Shown here: piece after piece, positions 26,432 to 36,065 of the stretch | Layout of the letters: each line of letters begins with the position of its first letter | How positions within the stretch are numbered: position 1 is the stretch's first letter | NCBI GenBank assembly: GCA_963668465.1 | Contig: OY764542.1 | Span: 2,368,520-2,432,519 of the forward strand | From: Dehalococcoidia bacterium | GTDB lineage: Bacteria > Chloroflexota > Dehalococcoidia > Lucifugimonadales > Australimonadaceae | Direction of reading: 5' to 3' | Length of the DNA stretch: 64,000 bases | Notes under the pieces: model-generated | The model's input: only the letters and a program-made list of their open reading frames with translations | Database searches by the model: none | What the model was told of the DNA's origin: nothing | Position numbers and translations under genes: made by a program

Positions 26432-27532
26432 CTACAGCCGCTCGAGGATCATGTCGGTCATGTGCTGGGTGGTGGAGAACTCCGCGCCGGGAGGGGCGAG
26501 GTCGGCCGTGCGGTGGCCGTCGTTCAGCGCGCTCTCGACGGCGGCGTTGATGGCTGCGGCCTCCTCGACGAGGCCGAACGAGTACTGCAGCATGAACGCG
26601 GAGCTGAGGATGGAGCCGACGGGGTTCGCCTTGCCCTGACCTGCGATGTCGGGCGCGCTGCCGTGGCTCGGCTCGTAGAGGCCCTTCACTTTGCGGGGCT
26701 TGCCCTTCGCGTCGTTGCCGGGGAGTCCTGCGAGGCTGGCGGACGGCAGCATGCCGAGCGACGCGGAGAGTACGGCGGCCTCGTCCGAGATGATGTCGCC
26801 GAACATGTTCTCCATGACCATGACGTCGAAGCTCGTGGGGCGCGTGATTAGGACCATCGCGCAGGAGTCGACCAACTGGTGCTCGAGCTCGACGTCCGGG
26901 TAGTCCTTCGAGACCTCGATGGCGATGTCGCGCCAGAGGCGTGAGGACTGGAGGACGTTCGCCTTGTCGACGGAGGTGAGCTTCTTGCGGCGGGAGCGCG
27001 CGAGCTCGAAGCCGACGCGCAGGATGCGCTCTATCTCCTTCTCGGAGTAGAGGAGCGTGTCGACGCCCTTGCGTCCGGTCTTCGTCTCCCAGCGCTTCTT
27101 GGGCGTGGCGTAGTAGAGGCCGCCGGTGAGTTCGCGCAGGATGACCATGTCCGCGCCGCGCACACGGTCGTCCTTGAGCGGGCTCGCGCCCTCCATGCCG
27201 GGGAAGACCTTGACCGGGCGGATGTTGGCGTAGAGGCCGAGCGCCTTGCGGAGGCCGAGGATGGCCGCCTCCGGGCGCACGGGTTCGTTGTCCCACTTCG
27301 GGCCGCCGACCGCGCCGAAGAGCACCGCGTTCGCGCGGCGCGCTGTCTTCACCGTTTCGTCGCGCAGGGGCGTGCCGTAGGCGTCGATCGCGCCGCCGCC
27401 GACCACGTCGGTCTGGTAGCGGAAGTTGTGCTTCCAGCGCGCTGCGACGGCGTCCAGCACCTGCTGCGATGCGCCGGTTACCTCCGGGCCGATGCCGTCG
27501 CCCGGCAGAACCATGATGTCGAAAGTGGCCAT
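26432..27532 (-). CDS. leuB: 3-isopropylmalate dehydrogenase
   Basis: MATFDIMVLPGDGIGPEV..., NMFGDIISDEA, LYEPSHGSAPDIAG. Confidence 0.93.
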   Translation of the reverse strand: MATFDIMVLPGDGIGPEVTGASQQVLDAVAARWKHNFRYQTDVVGGGAIDAYGTPLRDETVKTARRANAVLFGAVGGPKWDNEPVRPEAAILGLRKALGLYANIRPVKVFPGMEGASPLKDDRVRGADMVILRELTGGLYYATPKKRWETKTGRKGVDTLLYSEKEIERILRVGFELARSRRKKLTSVDKANVLQSSRLWRDIAIEVSKDYPDVELEHQLVDSCAMVLITRPTSFDVMVMENMFGDIISDEAAVLSASLGMLPSASLAGLPGNDAKGKPRKVKGLYEPSHGSAPDIAGQGKANPVGSILSSAFMLQYSFGLVEEAAAINAAVESALNDGHRTADLAPPGAEFSTTQHMTDMILERL

Positions 27533-27581
27533 GTGCGTACCTCGGGATGTGCGCGGTCAACCGCGGAATGGGGTCGGGGAC

Positions 27582-28169
27582 TCAGGAGCTGGCGCTCTCG
27601 AAAGCGTCTATCGCCGCCACGTTCTGGAGGGTCAGGCCGATGTCGTCCAGCCCTTGCACGAGGTTCTCTTTGCGGAAGGAGTCGATGTCGAACGAAGCGG
27701 CGAGGCCGTGACCGTCGGTCACCTGCTGCGCCTCGAGGTCGACGCTGAGCTCGTAGCCTTGGATCTCCTGGGCGCGGGCGATGATCGTGTCCACCTCGGC
27801 GGCGTCGAGCATGACGGGGAGCAGGCCGTTCTGGTAGCAGTTGTTGCGGAAGATGTCGCCGAAACTCGGCGCGATGACCACGCGGAAGCCGTATTGCTGG
27901 ATGGCCCACGGCGCGTGCTCGCGGGACGATCCGATACCGAACTGCGGTCCGCTCACGAGGACGGTGCCGCCGGCGTACTGCGGCTGGTTCAGGATGAAGC
28001 CGGGCTTGGGGGAGCCGTCCTCCTCGTAGCGCAGCTCGTAGAAGAGCAGTTCGCCGAATCCGACGCGGTCGATCTTCTTGAGGAAGCGCGCCGGGATAAT
28101 CTGGTCGGTGTCGACGTTCGGCATGTCGTAGGGAACGACCTTGCCAGTGTGTTTTGTGAAAGCGTCCAT
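27582..28169 (-). CDS. leuD: 3-isopropylmalate dehydratase small subunit
   Basis: 195 aa; DTDQIIPARFL, GSSREHAPWA, SFGDIFRNN. Confidence 0.92.
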   Translation of the reverse strand: MDAFTKHTGKVVPYDMPNVDTDQIIPARFLKKIDRVGFGELLFYELRYEEDGSPKPGFILNQPQYAGGTVLVSGPQFGIGSSREHAPWAIQQYGFRVVIAPSFGDIFRNNCYQNGLLPVMLDAAEVDTIIARAQEIQGYELSVDLEAQQVTDGHGLAASFDIDSFRKENLVQGLDDIGLTLQNVAAIDAFESASS

Positions 28170-28208
28170 CCGTCTACTCCTGCGCCGGAACCGTGTCCGG
28201 TCTCGTTG

Positions 28209-29612
28209 TTAGTTCAGGTCGCGCACGTCGACGAAGTGCCCCGCGATGGCGGCTGCCGCGGCCATCGGCGGGCTGACAAGGTGCGTGCGTCCGCCGGGGC
28301 CCTGCCGCCCCTCGAAGTTGCGGTTGGAGGTCGAGGCGCTGCGCTCGCCGGGGGCGAGCCGGTCCGGGTTCATGGCGAGGCACATCGAGCACCCGGCGTC
28401 GCGCCACTCGAACCCGGCTTCGGTGAACACCTGGTCGAGCCCTTCCGCTTCCGCCTGCTGCTTCACCGCCCAAGAGCCGGGAACGACGAGCGCGCGGACG
28501 CTGCCGGCCTTCTGCTTGCCCTTCGCCACCTCGGCGGCGGCGCGGAGGTCCTCGATGCGGGAGTTGGTGCATGAGCCGATGAAGACCGTGTCGATGGCGA
28601 TGTCCTGGATGCGCTCTCCGCCGCTCAGGCCCATGTACGCAAGCGCCTTCTCGACGGCGCCCTGCTCCTGCGACGACTCGAAGTCGTCCGGCTTCGGGAC
28701 GCGCCCGCCGACAGGGAGCACTTGCGCGGGGTTCGTGCCCCACGTCACCTGGGGCTGGATGTCGGCGGCGTCCAGGGTGACGACCGTGTCGAAGACCGCG
28801 TCGGGGTCGGTGCGGAGGGCGGCCCAGCGTTCGACGGCGGCGTCCCAGTCCTCGCCCTTCGGGGCGTACTCGCGTCCCTTCAGGTAGGCGAACGTCTTCT
28901 CGTCGGGGGCGACCATGCCGGTGCGCGCTCCGGCCTCGATGGACATGTTGCAGACCGTCATGCGGCCTTCCATGGACATCTCGCGGAAGACGGAGCCGGT
29001 GTACTCGATGGCGTGGCCGATGCCGCCGGACGTGCCGATCTTGCCGATGATGGCGAGGATGACGTCCTTGGGCGTGACACCGAAGCCGAGCGTGCCGTCC
29101 ACGCGTATCTCCATCGTCTTCGGCTTCGCCTGCCAGATGCACTGCGTCGCCAGGACGTGCTCGACCTCGGACGTACCGATGCCGAACGCCATCGCGCCGA
29201 CCGCGCCGTGCGTCGCGGTGTGGCTGTCGCCGCAGACGATGATCATGCCGGGCTGCGTGCGCCCCTGTTCCGGACCGATGACGTGGACGATGCCCTGCTT
29301 CTCGCTGAACATGTCGTGGTACTCGAGGCCGAACTCCTCGGCGTTGCGCTGCATCGCCTCGAGCTGTGCCTTCGAGACCTCGTCCGTGAGGGGCTTGTCG
29401 CGGTCGTTGGTCGGCACGTTGTGGTCGGCGACGGCGACGGTCTTGTCGAGCCTGCGGATGCGCCGGTTGTTGAGGCGCAGGCCGTCGAACGCCTGGGGTG
29501 AGGTGACTTCGTGGACGAGGTGCAGGTCGACGTAGAGCAGGGAAGGCTTGCCTTCCTCCTCCCGCACGACGTGCGTGTCCCATATCTTCTCGAACATCGT
29601 CTTGGGGGCCAT
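28209..29612 (-). CDS. leuC: 3-isopropylmalate dehydratase large subunit
   Basis: [38 protein letters not shown]; RBS GGAGGA. Confidence 0.93.
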   Translation of the reverse strand: MAPKTMFEKIWDTHVVREEEGKPSLLYVDLHLVHEVTSPQAFDGLRLNNRRIRRLDKTVAVADHNVPTNDRDKPLTDEVSKAQLEAMQRNAEEFGLEYHDMFSEKQGIVHVIGPEQGRTQPGMIIVCGDSHTATHGAVGAMAFGIGTSEVEHVLATQCIWQAKPKTMEIRVDGTLGFGVTPKDVILAIIGKIGTSGGIGHAIEYTGSVFREMSMEGRMTVCNMSIEAGARTGMVAPDEKTFAYLKGREYAPKGEDWDAAVERWAALRTDPDAVFDTVVTLDAADIQPQVTWGTNPAQVLPVGGRVPKPDDFESSQEQGAVEKALAYMGLSGGERIQDIAIDTVFIGSCTNSRIEDLRAAAEVAKGKQKAGSVRALVVPGSWAVKQQAEAEGLDQVFTEAGFEWRDAGCSMCLAMNPDRLAPGERSASTSNRNFEGRQGPGGRTHLVSPPMAAAAAIAGHFVDVRDLN

Positions 29613-29630
29613 CTGATCCTCCGCTTCTAT

Positions 29631-30086
29631 TCAGACAGCGAAATCGTCCAGGACCAGGTAGGGGAGATCGCTGTTCCTGGCGAATGCGCGGTCGTTGCCG
29701 ATGATGACGTCGCAGCGGTTCGCTGCCGCAGTCGCTGCGATGATAGCATCCGGCGCTTTCAAGTTGGTGGAGGCGCGCACTTGGGCCGCTGCCTGTGCGA
29801 TGTCGCTGCTCATGGGAGTGACATACAGGTTGGGGTGGAGGGCGAAGAACCGGCGTATAGAGAACAACAGGCCCCTGTCCCGTATGCGGAGCGGGCGCAC
29901 GAGCGTCTCCATCTCCACCATGGTCGATACGAAGCCGACCGCTGCGCCGCTCGCCAGGAGTGAGAACGCCTGCGCCGCGTAGACGCCGTACGGGTAGTTG
30001 CCCTCCAGGTAGTAGATGACGGCGTTAGTGTCGAACGCTATCCGTGTCCTGCCCGCGAGGGCGTCGCTCAGGGCCGACGTCATCAA
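29631..30086 (-). CDS. vapC: PIN-domain ribonuclease toxin (VapC-like)
   Basis: IAFDTNAVIYY, EMETL, PDAIIAATA and GNDRAF supply the PIN acidic residues. The start overlaps the upstream antitoxin stop by 4 nt. Confidence 0.8.
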   Translation of the reverse strand: MMTSALSDALAGRTRIAFDTNAVIYYLEGNYPYGVYAAQAFSLLASGAAVGFVSTMVEMETLVRPLRIRDRGLLFSIRRFFALHPNLYVTPMSSDIAQAAAQVRASTNLKAPDAIIAATAAANRCDVIIGNDRAFARNSDLPYLVLDDFAV

Positions 30087-30625
30087 TCGGCCTTGAGCGA
30101 CGCTGCTACCTCGCCGTCCAGCCGGTAGCGCTCCGGCTCTTCGTCCTGCGGGGGGATGCGCCGCACCCAGCGGTTGGATGTGAGCCTGTCCAGCGTCCGA
30201 GGCAGGTCGGTGGGGTGGCCGTTCTCAGGGATTAGCCATTCCAGGTCGGGGAACGTGGCCACGTAGTGCGGGCAATCCATGAGCGTGTCAGCGACTGCCC
30301 GCACGCCGCTGTCCGTGGCGTACAGATCCTCGAACCGCTTGCACCACTCGCGCGGGTCCGTATCACTCATGTGTTCGGACAGCGGCTCGTACCAGCTCTC
30401 GCGTTCGCGCAGGACATAACGGTCGATGCTCTCTTTGGTGCCGCCGTATGCCCCTTTCATGCTCCCTTGAAAATACTGCACCCAGCTCTCCGGCTCCTTG
30501 ACGAGCACGATGTCCCCATCTATGACGGCTGCGGCGAGCGTGTCGCCGGGATTGATGCCGATCTCCCGGAGGATGGCGACGGGGATGGTTATCTGGTTCT
30601 TGCTGCTGACGGTTATCGTGCGCAT
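30083..30625 (-). CDS. AbrB/SpoVT-family antitoxin (VapB-like) with an unusual ~130-aa C-terminal extension
   Basis: N-terminus MRTITVSSKNQITIPVAILREIGINPGDTL...IVLVKEP is a swapped-hairpin AbrB/MazE fold signature. The remaining ~130 aa are unrecognised. Confidence 0.75.
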   Translation of the reverse strand: MRTITVSSKNQITIPVAILREIGINPGDTLAAAVIDGDIVLVKEPESWVQYFQGSMKGAYGGTKESIDRYVLRERESWYEPLSEHMSDTDPREWCKRFEDLYATDSGVRAVADTLMDCPHYVATFPDLEWLIPENGHPTDLPRTLDRLTSNRWVRRIPPQDEEPERYRLDGEVAASLKAD

Positions 30626-30634
30626 AGCGGGCCT

Positions 30635-30713
30635 CGGCTGCTTGGTATTCCTTACCAGTAGGACAAATAGTAAAGCCTACCAAGCAGCCGGTCAAGCCCT
30701 ATAGTCAAGCCCT
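30635..30713 (-). promoter_or_regulatory. Internal promoter plus operator for vapBC (and possibly leuCDB)
   Basis: On the minus strand, TTGACC (30695-30690), a 17-nt spacer, then TACTAT (30672-30667). A perfect 13-bp inverted repeat CGGCTGCTTGGTA/TACCAAGCAGCCG (30635-30647 and 30678-30690) brackets the -10 element. Direct repeat GTCAAGCCCT x2 at 30691-30713. Confidence 0.6.
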
Positions 30714-30737
30714 GCAACAGAAGAGGCGGAACCCCCG

Positions 30738-32288
30738 TTAGACGGCGTTTGCCGCCTCCGGCGAGCGGGTGGTGTCGCCCATCGCGATCAGGCGGTTGAG
30801 CGCGTTCATGTAGGCGCGGGCGCATGCGACGATGATGTCCGTGTCCGCGCCGCGTCCGATGTATGGCTTGCCGTCCTGCTCGATGCGGATGCTCACCTCG
30901 CCGATAGCGTCGATGCCCTCCGTGACCGAATTGACGCTGAACTCCGTCAGCTCGTTCGGTACGCCGACGATCCGGTTGATGGCCTGGTAGACAGCGTCGA
31001 CCGGGCCGGTGCCCGTCGCCGCGTCGGTGCGGACCGTCCCGTCCTCGAGGGAGAGTTGCACCGTCGCGGTCGGGATCTCGCCGGTGCCGCAGGTGACCTG
31101 CACGTGTTCCAGCGAGTACGTCTCCTCGATGGCTGTGCGCTCGTTGCCCATGAGGGCGATGAGGTCGCGGTCCGTCACCTCGCGCTTCTTGTCAGCGAGC
31201 TCCTTGAAGGACTCGTGCACCTTGTCGAGTTCCTCGTTGGTGAGCGCGTAGCCGAGCTCTTCGAGCCGCGAGCGCAGGCCGTGGCGTCCGCTCAGCTTGC
31301 CGAGCACGAGTTCGCTCCGGGGAACGCCCACGTCCAGCGGGTTCAGGATCTCGTAGGTGGTGCGCTCCTTCAGCACACCGTCCTGGTGGATGCCGGAGGC
31401 GTGCCGGAACGCGTTGCGCCCGATGACCGCCTTGTTGGGCTGCACCGGGAAGCCGCTCACCTGGCTCACGAGGCGGCTGGTGTTGTACAGCTGCTTCGTG
31501 TCGATGTCCGTGTCTACGCCGAAGTAGTCGCCGCGCGTGCGGAGCGCCATGATGACTTCTTCGACGGCGGTGTTCCCCGCGCGCTCGCCGATGCCGTTGA
31601 TGCAGCCCTCGACCTGGCGGGCCCCCGCCTTCACTGCGGAGAGGCTGTTGGCGACCGACATGCCGAGGTCGTCGTGGCAGTGCACGGAGATGCGGACGCT
31701 GTCGCCCAGTTCCGGCACCTCGGCGCGCAGGTAGGTGATGAGGCCGCCGAACTCCTCGGGGACCGCGTAGCCGACCGTGTCGGGGATGTTGATGGTCGTC
31801 GCGCCCGCATCGACGGCTGCCCGCACCATGTGCGCGAGGAACTCGCGCTCCGTGCGGCTGGAGTCCATGGGGGAGAACTCGACGTCGTCGGTGTATTGGC
31901 GCGCCCGGGAGACGGCCTTCACCGCGATCTCCACCACCTCTTCCCGGTTCTTGCGCAACTGGTGCTGGATGTGCTGGTCCGAGGAAGAGATGAAGATGTG
32001 GATGCGCGGGTGCGCCGCGTCTTTCAGCGCCTCACCGGCGCGGTCCACCGCGGCCTCGTTCGCGTGCGCGAGCGCCGCGATGATCGGCTTCCGCACCTCG
32101 CGAGCGATCTTCTGGACGGCTTCGAAGTCGCCGGGAGAGCTGACGGGGAAGCCCGCCTCGATGATGTCGACGTTCAGCCGCTCCAGCTGCCTGGCGATCT
32201 CCACCTTCTCTTCCACTGTCATCCCCGCCCCGGCGGACTGCTCTCCGTCCCGGAGCGTCGTGTCGAAGATGAGCACTCGGTCTTCCAT
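30738..32288 (-). CDS. leuA: 2-isopropylmalate synthase
   Basis: IFDTTLRDGEQ, HCHDDLGM, and a C-terminal LeuA dimerisation/regulatory domain. ATG at 32288 is preceded by GGAGGA. Confidence 0.93.
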   Translation of the reverse strand: MEDRVLIFDTTLRDGEQSAGAGMTVEEKVEIARQLERLNVDIIEAGFPVSSPGDFEAVQKIAREVRKPIIAALAHANEAAVDRAGEALKDAAHPRIHIFISSSDQHIQHQLRKNREEVVEIAVKAVSRARQYTDDVEFSPMDSSRTEREFLAHMVRAAVDAGATTINIPDTVGYAVPEEFGGLITYLRAEVPELGDSVRISVHCHDDLGMSVANSLSAVKAGARQVEGCINGIGERAGNTAVEEVIMALRTRGDYFGVDTDIDTKQLYNTSRLVSQVSGFPVQPNKAVIGRNAFRHASGIHQDGVLKERTTYEILNPLDVGVPRSELVLGKLSGRHGLRSRLEELGYALTNEELDKVHESFKELADKKREVTDRDLIALMGNERTAIEETYSLEHVQVTCGTGEIPTATVQLSLEDGTVRTDAATGTGPVDAVYQAINRIVGVPNELTEFSVNSVTEGIDAIGEVSIRIEQDGKPYIGRGADTDIIVACARAYMNALNRLIAMGDTTRSPEAANAV

Positions 32289-32336
32289 GTCATTCCTCCG
32301 CAAACAGGCCGCTCACGGCCTCCGCTGTGCCGGCGG

Positions 32337-33332
32337 TTACTTCTTCCCCAGGAACGTCATCATGCCGCGGAGCTCTGCTCCGACGGTCTCGATCTCGTGA
32401 CCGGCAGCCGCCTCCCGCATCGCCTTGAAGCGCGGCTGTCCTTCGTGGTTCTCGGCTATCCACTCGCGGGCGAACGAGCCGTCCTGGATCTCCTGCAGCA
32501 CGGTCTTCATCGCCGCGCGGGCGTGCTCGTCCACGACCCGGGAGCCGCGGCTGTAGTCGCCGTATTCCGCCGTTTCGCTCACGGAGTAGCGCATGTACTT
32601 CATGCCGCCCTCGTAGAGCAGGTCAACGATGAGCTTGAGTTCGTGCATCACCTCGAAGTAGGCGATCTCAGGCTGGTATCCCGCCTCCACGAGCACCTCG
32701 AAGGCGTTCGTGATGAGGCTGGTGACGCCGCCGCAAAGCACCGTCTGCTCGCCGAAGAGGTCGGTCTCCGTCTCTTCCTTGAACGTCGTCTCCACGATGC
32801 CGGCCCGGTCCGAGCCGATGCCCGCGCCGTAGGCCAGCGCGTTCGCCAGCGCGTTGCCCGAGGCGTCCTGGTGGATCGCCACGAGCGATGGCACTCCCTG
32901 GCCTTCGACGAACACCTCGCGCACCCGGTGGCCGGGCGCCTTGGGAGCGATCATCGTAACGTCCACGTCCGGGGGAGGGTTTATCTCTCCGAAATGGATG
33001 TTGAAGCCATGGGCGAACATCAACGTCTTGGAGCTGTCCAGGTTCGGCTCGATGGACTCCGTGTAGATGCTCCGCTGCGCGGTATCCGGCGCGAGCACCA
33101 TGATGACGTCGCTCTCCTTCGTGGCTTCTGCCGGGGTCCCGACCCGCAGCCCCTCTGCCTCTGCCTTCGCACGGCTGGAGCTTGTCTCGAGCAGGCCCAC
33201 CATCACGTCCACGCCGTTGTCGCGCAGGTTGAGCGCGTGCGCGTGCCCCTGGCTGCCGTAACCGATAACACCGACTCGCTTGCCGCTCAGCAGGCTGATG
33301 TCGGCATCTTCCTTGTAGTACACCTTCGCCAT
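32337..33332 (-). CDS. ilvC: Ketol-acid reductoisomerase (class I)
   Basis: [38 protein letters not shown]. Confidence 0.93.
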   Translation of the reverse strand: MAKVYYKEDADISLLSGKRVGVIGYGSQGHAHALNLRDNGVDVMVGLLETSSSRAKAEAEGLRVGTPAEATKESDVIMVLAPDTAQRSIYTESIEPNLDSSKTLMFAHGFNIHFGEINPPPDVDVTMIAPKAPGHRVREVFVEGQGVPSLVAIHQDASGNALANALAYGAGIGSDRAGIVETTFKEETETDLFGEQTVLCGGVTSLITNAFEVLVEAGYQPEIAYFEVMHELKLIVDLLYEGGMKYMRYSVSETAEYGDYSRGSRVVDEHARAAMKTVLQEIQDGSFAREWIAENHEGQPRFKAMREAAAGHEIETVGAELRGMMTFLGKK

Positions 33333-33386
33333 ATCGCAGTCTCCTCCTCGTGTTCTGGTTCACGTCCGTCCCCTTGGGGACGCGCT

Positions 33387-33956
33387 CTAGGGGACGACTT
33401 CCGTGTCCGGCGCGTTCTCCGCGGCGGGGACAGCCGTCTGTTTCGTGCCCGCGGCCACGCCGCCACGGGTCATCGCTATCCGTCCTGTACGCATCGTCTC
33501 GCGGACACCGAAGGGCTGAAGGAGTTGGATGAGCGCATCGATCTTCTCCTCGTCGCCGGTCACCTCGACGATGACCGTGTCCTTGCCCACGTCCACGATG
33601 CCTGCGCGGAAGATGTCCACTATCTGCATGATCTCCGCGCGGTTGTCCTTGTCGGACTTCACCTTCAGCAGCGCCATCTCGCGCATGACGCTGCTCTCCG
33701 TCGAGATGTTCGTCACCCGCACGACGTCTATCAGCTTGTAGAGCTGCTTCGTCACCTGCTCCACCACCCAATCCCCTCCGACGACAACGAACGTCATGCG
33801 GGAGAGTCCAGCTGTCTCGCTGCGGCTGACTGCCAGGCTGGAGATATTGAACCCGCGCCGCGAGAACAACCCCGCCACGCGCGCCAGCACGCCCGGCTTG
33901 TCGTGGACGAGCGCCGTTATCGTGTGGACGTGCCCGTTGAGGCTTACGTCAGCCAT
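33387..33956 (-). CDS. ilvN: Acetolactate synthase small (regulatory) subunit
   Basis: ACT domain HTITALVHDKPGVLARVAGLFSRRGFNISSLAV... Start at MADVSLNG, overlapping the ilvB 3' end by 13 nt. Confidence 0.9.
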   Translation of the reverse strand: MADVSLNGHVHTITALVHDKPGVLARVAGLFSRRGFNISSLAVSRSETAGLSRMTFVVVGGDWVVEQVTKQLYKLIDVVRVTNISTESSVMREMALLKVKSDKDNRAEIMQIVDIFRAGIVDVGKDTVIVEVTGDEEKIDALIQLLQPFGVRETMRTGRIAMTRGGVAAGTKQTAVPAAENAPDTEVVP

Positions 33957-35644
33957 GACAGCGCTTCCTGCCCGGCGGGCGACTCGATCATCTCGAACAC
34001 GCTCTCTCCTGCCGGAACGTGCGGGTACACGTTCTCCTCCGGCTCCACGTGGAAGTCGATGATGGCGGGCCCGTCCACTGCCGCAGCTTCTTCGAGGGCG
34101 GCCCGCACCTGCGGTTCGTCCGCCACGTGTTTCGCCCAGATGCCGTACGCCTCGGCGAGTTTCACGAAATCCGGGTTGCCGGTGTAGCCGGATGCCACAC
34201 GGGTGCCTCCGTAGAACAGGTCCTGCAACTGCCGCACGAGGCCGAGGTTGCCGTTGTTCAGGATGGCGAACTTCACGGGCACGTTGTGTTCCACGATGGT
34301 CGCCAGTTCGGACATCGTCATCTGGAAGCCGCCGTCTCCGGCGATGCTCCATACCTGCCGGTTGGGCTGCGCGAAGGCCGCCCCCATCGCCGCAGGCACC
34401 TCGAACCCCATCGTTCCCAGACCGCCGGACGTGATCCAGGAGCCCGGCTCCTTGAACACGTAGTGTTGGGCGGCCCACATCTGGTGCTGCCCTACGCCCG
34501 TTACGACGATGGCGCGTCCGTCCGTGACCTCGCACAGTTCGCGCACGACGTGCTGCGGACGAAGCCCCTTGCCCTGGCCGGGGTGCAGTGGATGCTCGGC
34601 GCGGAGCGCGTCCATCTCTGCTATCCACTCGGGGCGGGAGACCTGCTCTACCTGCTTCGCCAGCGCATGCATCACGCGCTTCGCGTCGCCGACGATGGGC
34701 ACGGTAACGCGAACGTTCTTGCCCACCTCGGCGGGGTCGATGTCGATGTGGATGACCTTGGCGTTCGGCGCAAAGGCGCTCAGCCTGCCCGTGACCCGGT
34801 CGTCGAACCGCATCCCGACCCCGATGATGAGGTCAGCGCGGTCTATCGCCCAGTTGTTGTACGCCTGGCCGTGCATCCCCGGCATGCCCATGCTCAGGAT
34901 GTGCTCGCCGGAGAAACTGCCGATGCCGAGCAGCGTCGTGATGACCGGTATCTGCGCCTTCTCAGCGACCTCCCGCACCTCTGCGAACGCGCCGGAGATG
35001 ATGGCGCCGTGTCCCACGAGCATCAGGGGCCGCTGCGAGTCCGCAATGAGTTGCGCGGCGCGCTTGATCATCCTCCCGTTCCCCTCCATGGTTGGCTTGT
35101 AGGAGGGGAGGTTCACATGCTCCGGGTAGTCGAAGTCGGCACTGTCGGTGAGCACGTCGCGCGGCAGATCGATGAGCACCGGGCCGGGGCGTCCCGTGCG
35201 TGCGATGTGGAAGGCCTCGCTGATGATGCGCGGGATGTCGGCCGTATCCATCACCAGGTAGTTGTGCTTGGTGATAGGCAGCGTGATGCCGGTGGTGTCG
35301 GTCTCCTGGAATGCGTCGCGCCCGATGGCGGCGCGCGGCACCTGCCCCGTGATCGCCACGACGGGAACGGAGTCCATCATGGCTGTTGCGAGCGGCGTGA
35401 CGAGGTTCGTCGCCCCAGGTCCTGAGGTCGCGATGGCGACGCCCACCTTGCCGGATGCTCGCGCGTAGCCATCCGCAGCGTGTCCGGCGTTCTGCTCGTG
35501 CCGCACGAGGATGTGCCGCAGTTGCGGATACTCCGGCAGCGTCTGGTAGAGCGGCAGTATCGCGCCGCCGGGAAGGCCGAACATGACGTCCGTCCCCTCC
35601 CGAACCAGGCTCTCACAAACCATCTGTGCGCCCGTCAAACGCAA
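33944..35644 (-). CDS. ilvB: Acetolactate synthase large (catalytic) subunit
   Basis: MRLTGAQMVCESLVREGTDVMFGLPGGAILP, and the ThDP motif GGLGTMGFEVPAAMGA...GDGGFQMT...LNNG. Confidence 0.93.
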   Translation of the reverse strand: MRLTGAQMVCESLVREGTDVMFGLPGGAILPLYQTLPEYPQLRHILVRHEQNAGHAADGYARASGKVGVAIATSGPGATNLVTPLATAMMDSVPVVAITGQVPRAAIGRDAFQETDTTGITLPITKHNYLVMDTADIPRIISEAFHIARTGRPGPVLIDLPRDVLTDSADFDYPEHVNLPSYKPTMEGNGRMIKRAAQLIADSQRPLMLVGHGAIISGAFAEVREVAEKAQIPVITTLLGIGSFSGEHILSMGMPGMHGQAYNNWAIDRADLIIGVGMRFDDRVTGRLSAFAPNAKVIHIDIDPAEVGKNVRVTVPIVGDAKRVMHALAKQVEQVSRPEWIAEMDALRAEHPLHPGQGKGLRPQHVVRELCEVTDGRAIVVTGVGQHQMWAAQHYVFKEPGSWITSGGLGTMGFEVPAAMGAAFAQPNRQVWSIAGDGGFQMTMSELATIVEHNVPVKFAILNNGNLGLVRQLQDLFYGGTRVASGYTGNPDFVKLAEAYGIWAKHVADEPQVRAALEEAAAVDGPAIIDFHVEPEENVYPHVPAGESVFEMIESPAGQEALSWLT

Positions 35645-35704
35645 GGTTGACTCACCTTCCCTTTCGTTCGTCCTTCGATCCGTAACCGGAGCGCTCCCTC
35701 CGAG

Positions 35705-35967
35705 GGTAAAAAAAGACCCGCCCCACGAAGGGACGGGCCGTTAACCCGCGGTACCACCCTAGTTCCCCGGCTCTTGATGGGCCGAGGCAGCTTTGCCTGC
35801 GCGGTAACGGCGCGCTCCGCTGGCCCTACTCTTGCTGTTCAGGCCAGCCGCTCGGGGACGAGTTCAGGGGGGCTTGTCCATCGCCGGTCTCGCACCAGAA
35901 CGACCGGCTCTCTGAGGTGCGCTTGCCCCGTACTACTTCCCTTCCCAGCGGAACGGATGTTAGAAGC
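35705..35967 (-). promoter_or_regulatory. T-box leader (tRNA-Leu responsive, CUC specifier) for the ilv-leu operon
   Basis: On the minus strand: conserved T-box AACUAGGGUGGUACCGCG (35764-35747); AGAGAG bulge and GGUGCGA distal-loop motifs; GAA-CUC-G specifier context (CUC at 35862-35860); UGGU bulge, implying an A discriminator. It ends in a terminator hairpin plus U7. Confidence 0.8.
35708..35737 (-). terminator. T-box terminator hairpin
   Basis: Minus strand CCCGUCCC-uucgu-GGGGCGGG followed by UCUUUUUUU, overlapping the 3' half of the T-box antiterminator. Confidence 0.75.
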
Positions 35968-35973
35968 GGCGAC

Positions 35974-36003
35974 ATGATAGTACAAAGTCTCACGCCGAGT
36001 CAA
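35974..36003 (-). promoter_or_regulatory. Sigma-70-like promoter of the ilv-leu leader
   Basis: Minus strand TTGACT (36003-35998), an 18-nt spacer, then TATCAT (35979-35974). Confidence 0.5.
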
Positions 36004-36065
36004 CTTTCAGGCGTGCACCGTGCTCATTCACGCATCGCGGTACTGAACACGATAGACTGTGCGCC

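Noticed and set aside
24858-27560. 900-aa minus-strand ORF (also 7863-9674, 31056-34187, 37356-38699, 41273-43387, 49643-51517, 62911-63996 and similar long ORFs)
   Set aside because: These are Arg/Pro/Gly/Ala-rich shadow ORFs in alternative frames or antisense to clearly recognisable genes (leuB/tauE, permeases, leuA/ilvC, DAHP synthase, P-type ATPase and others). This is typical of high-GC DNA.
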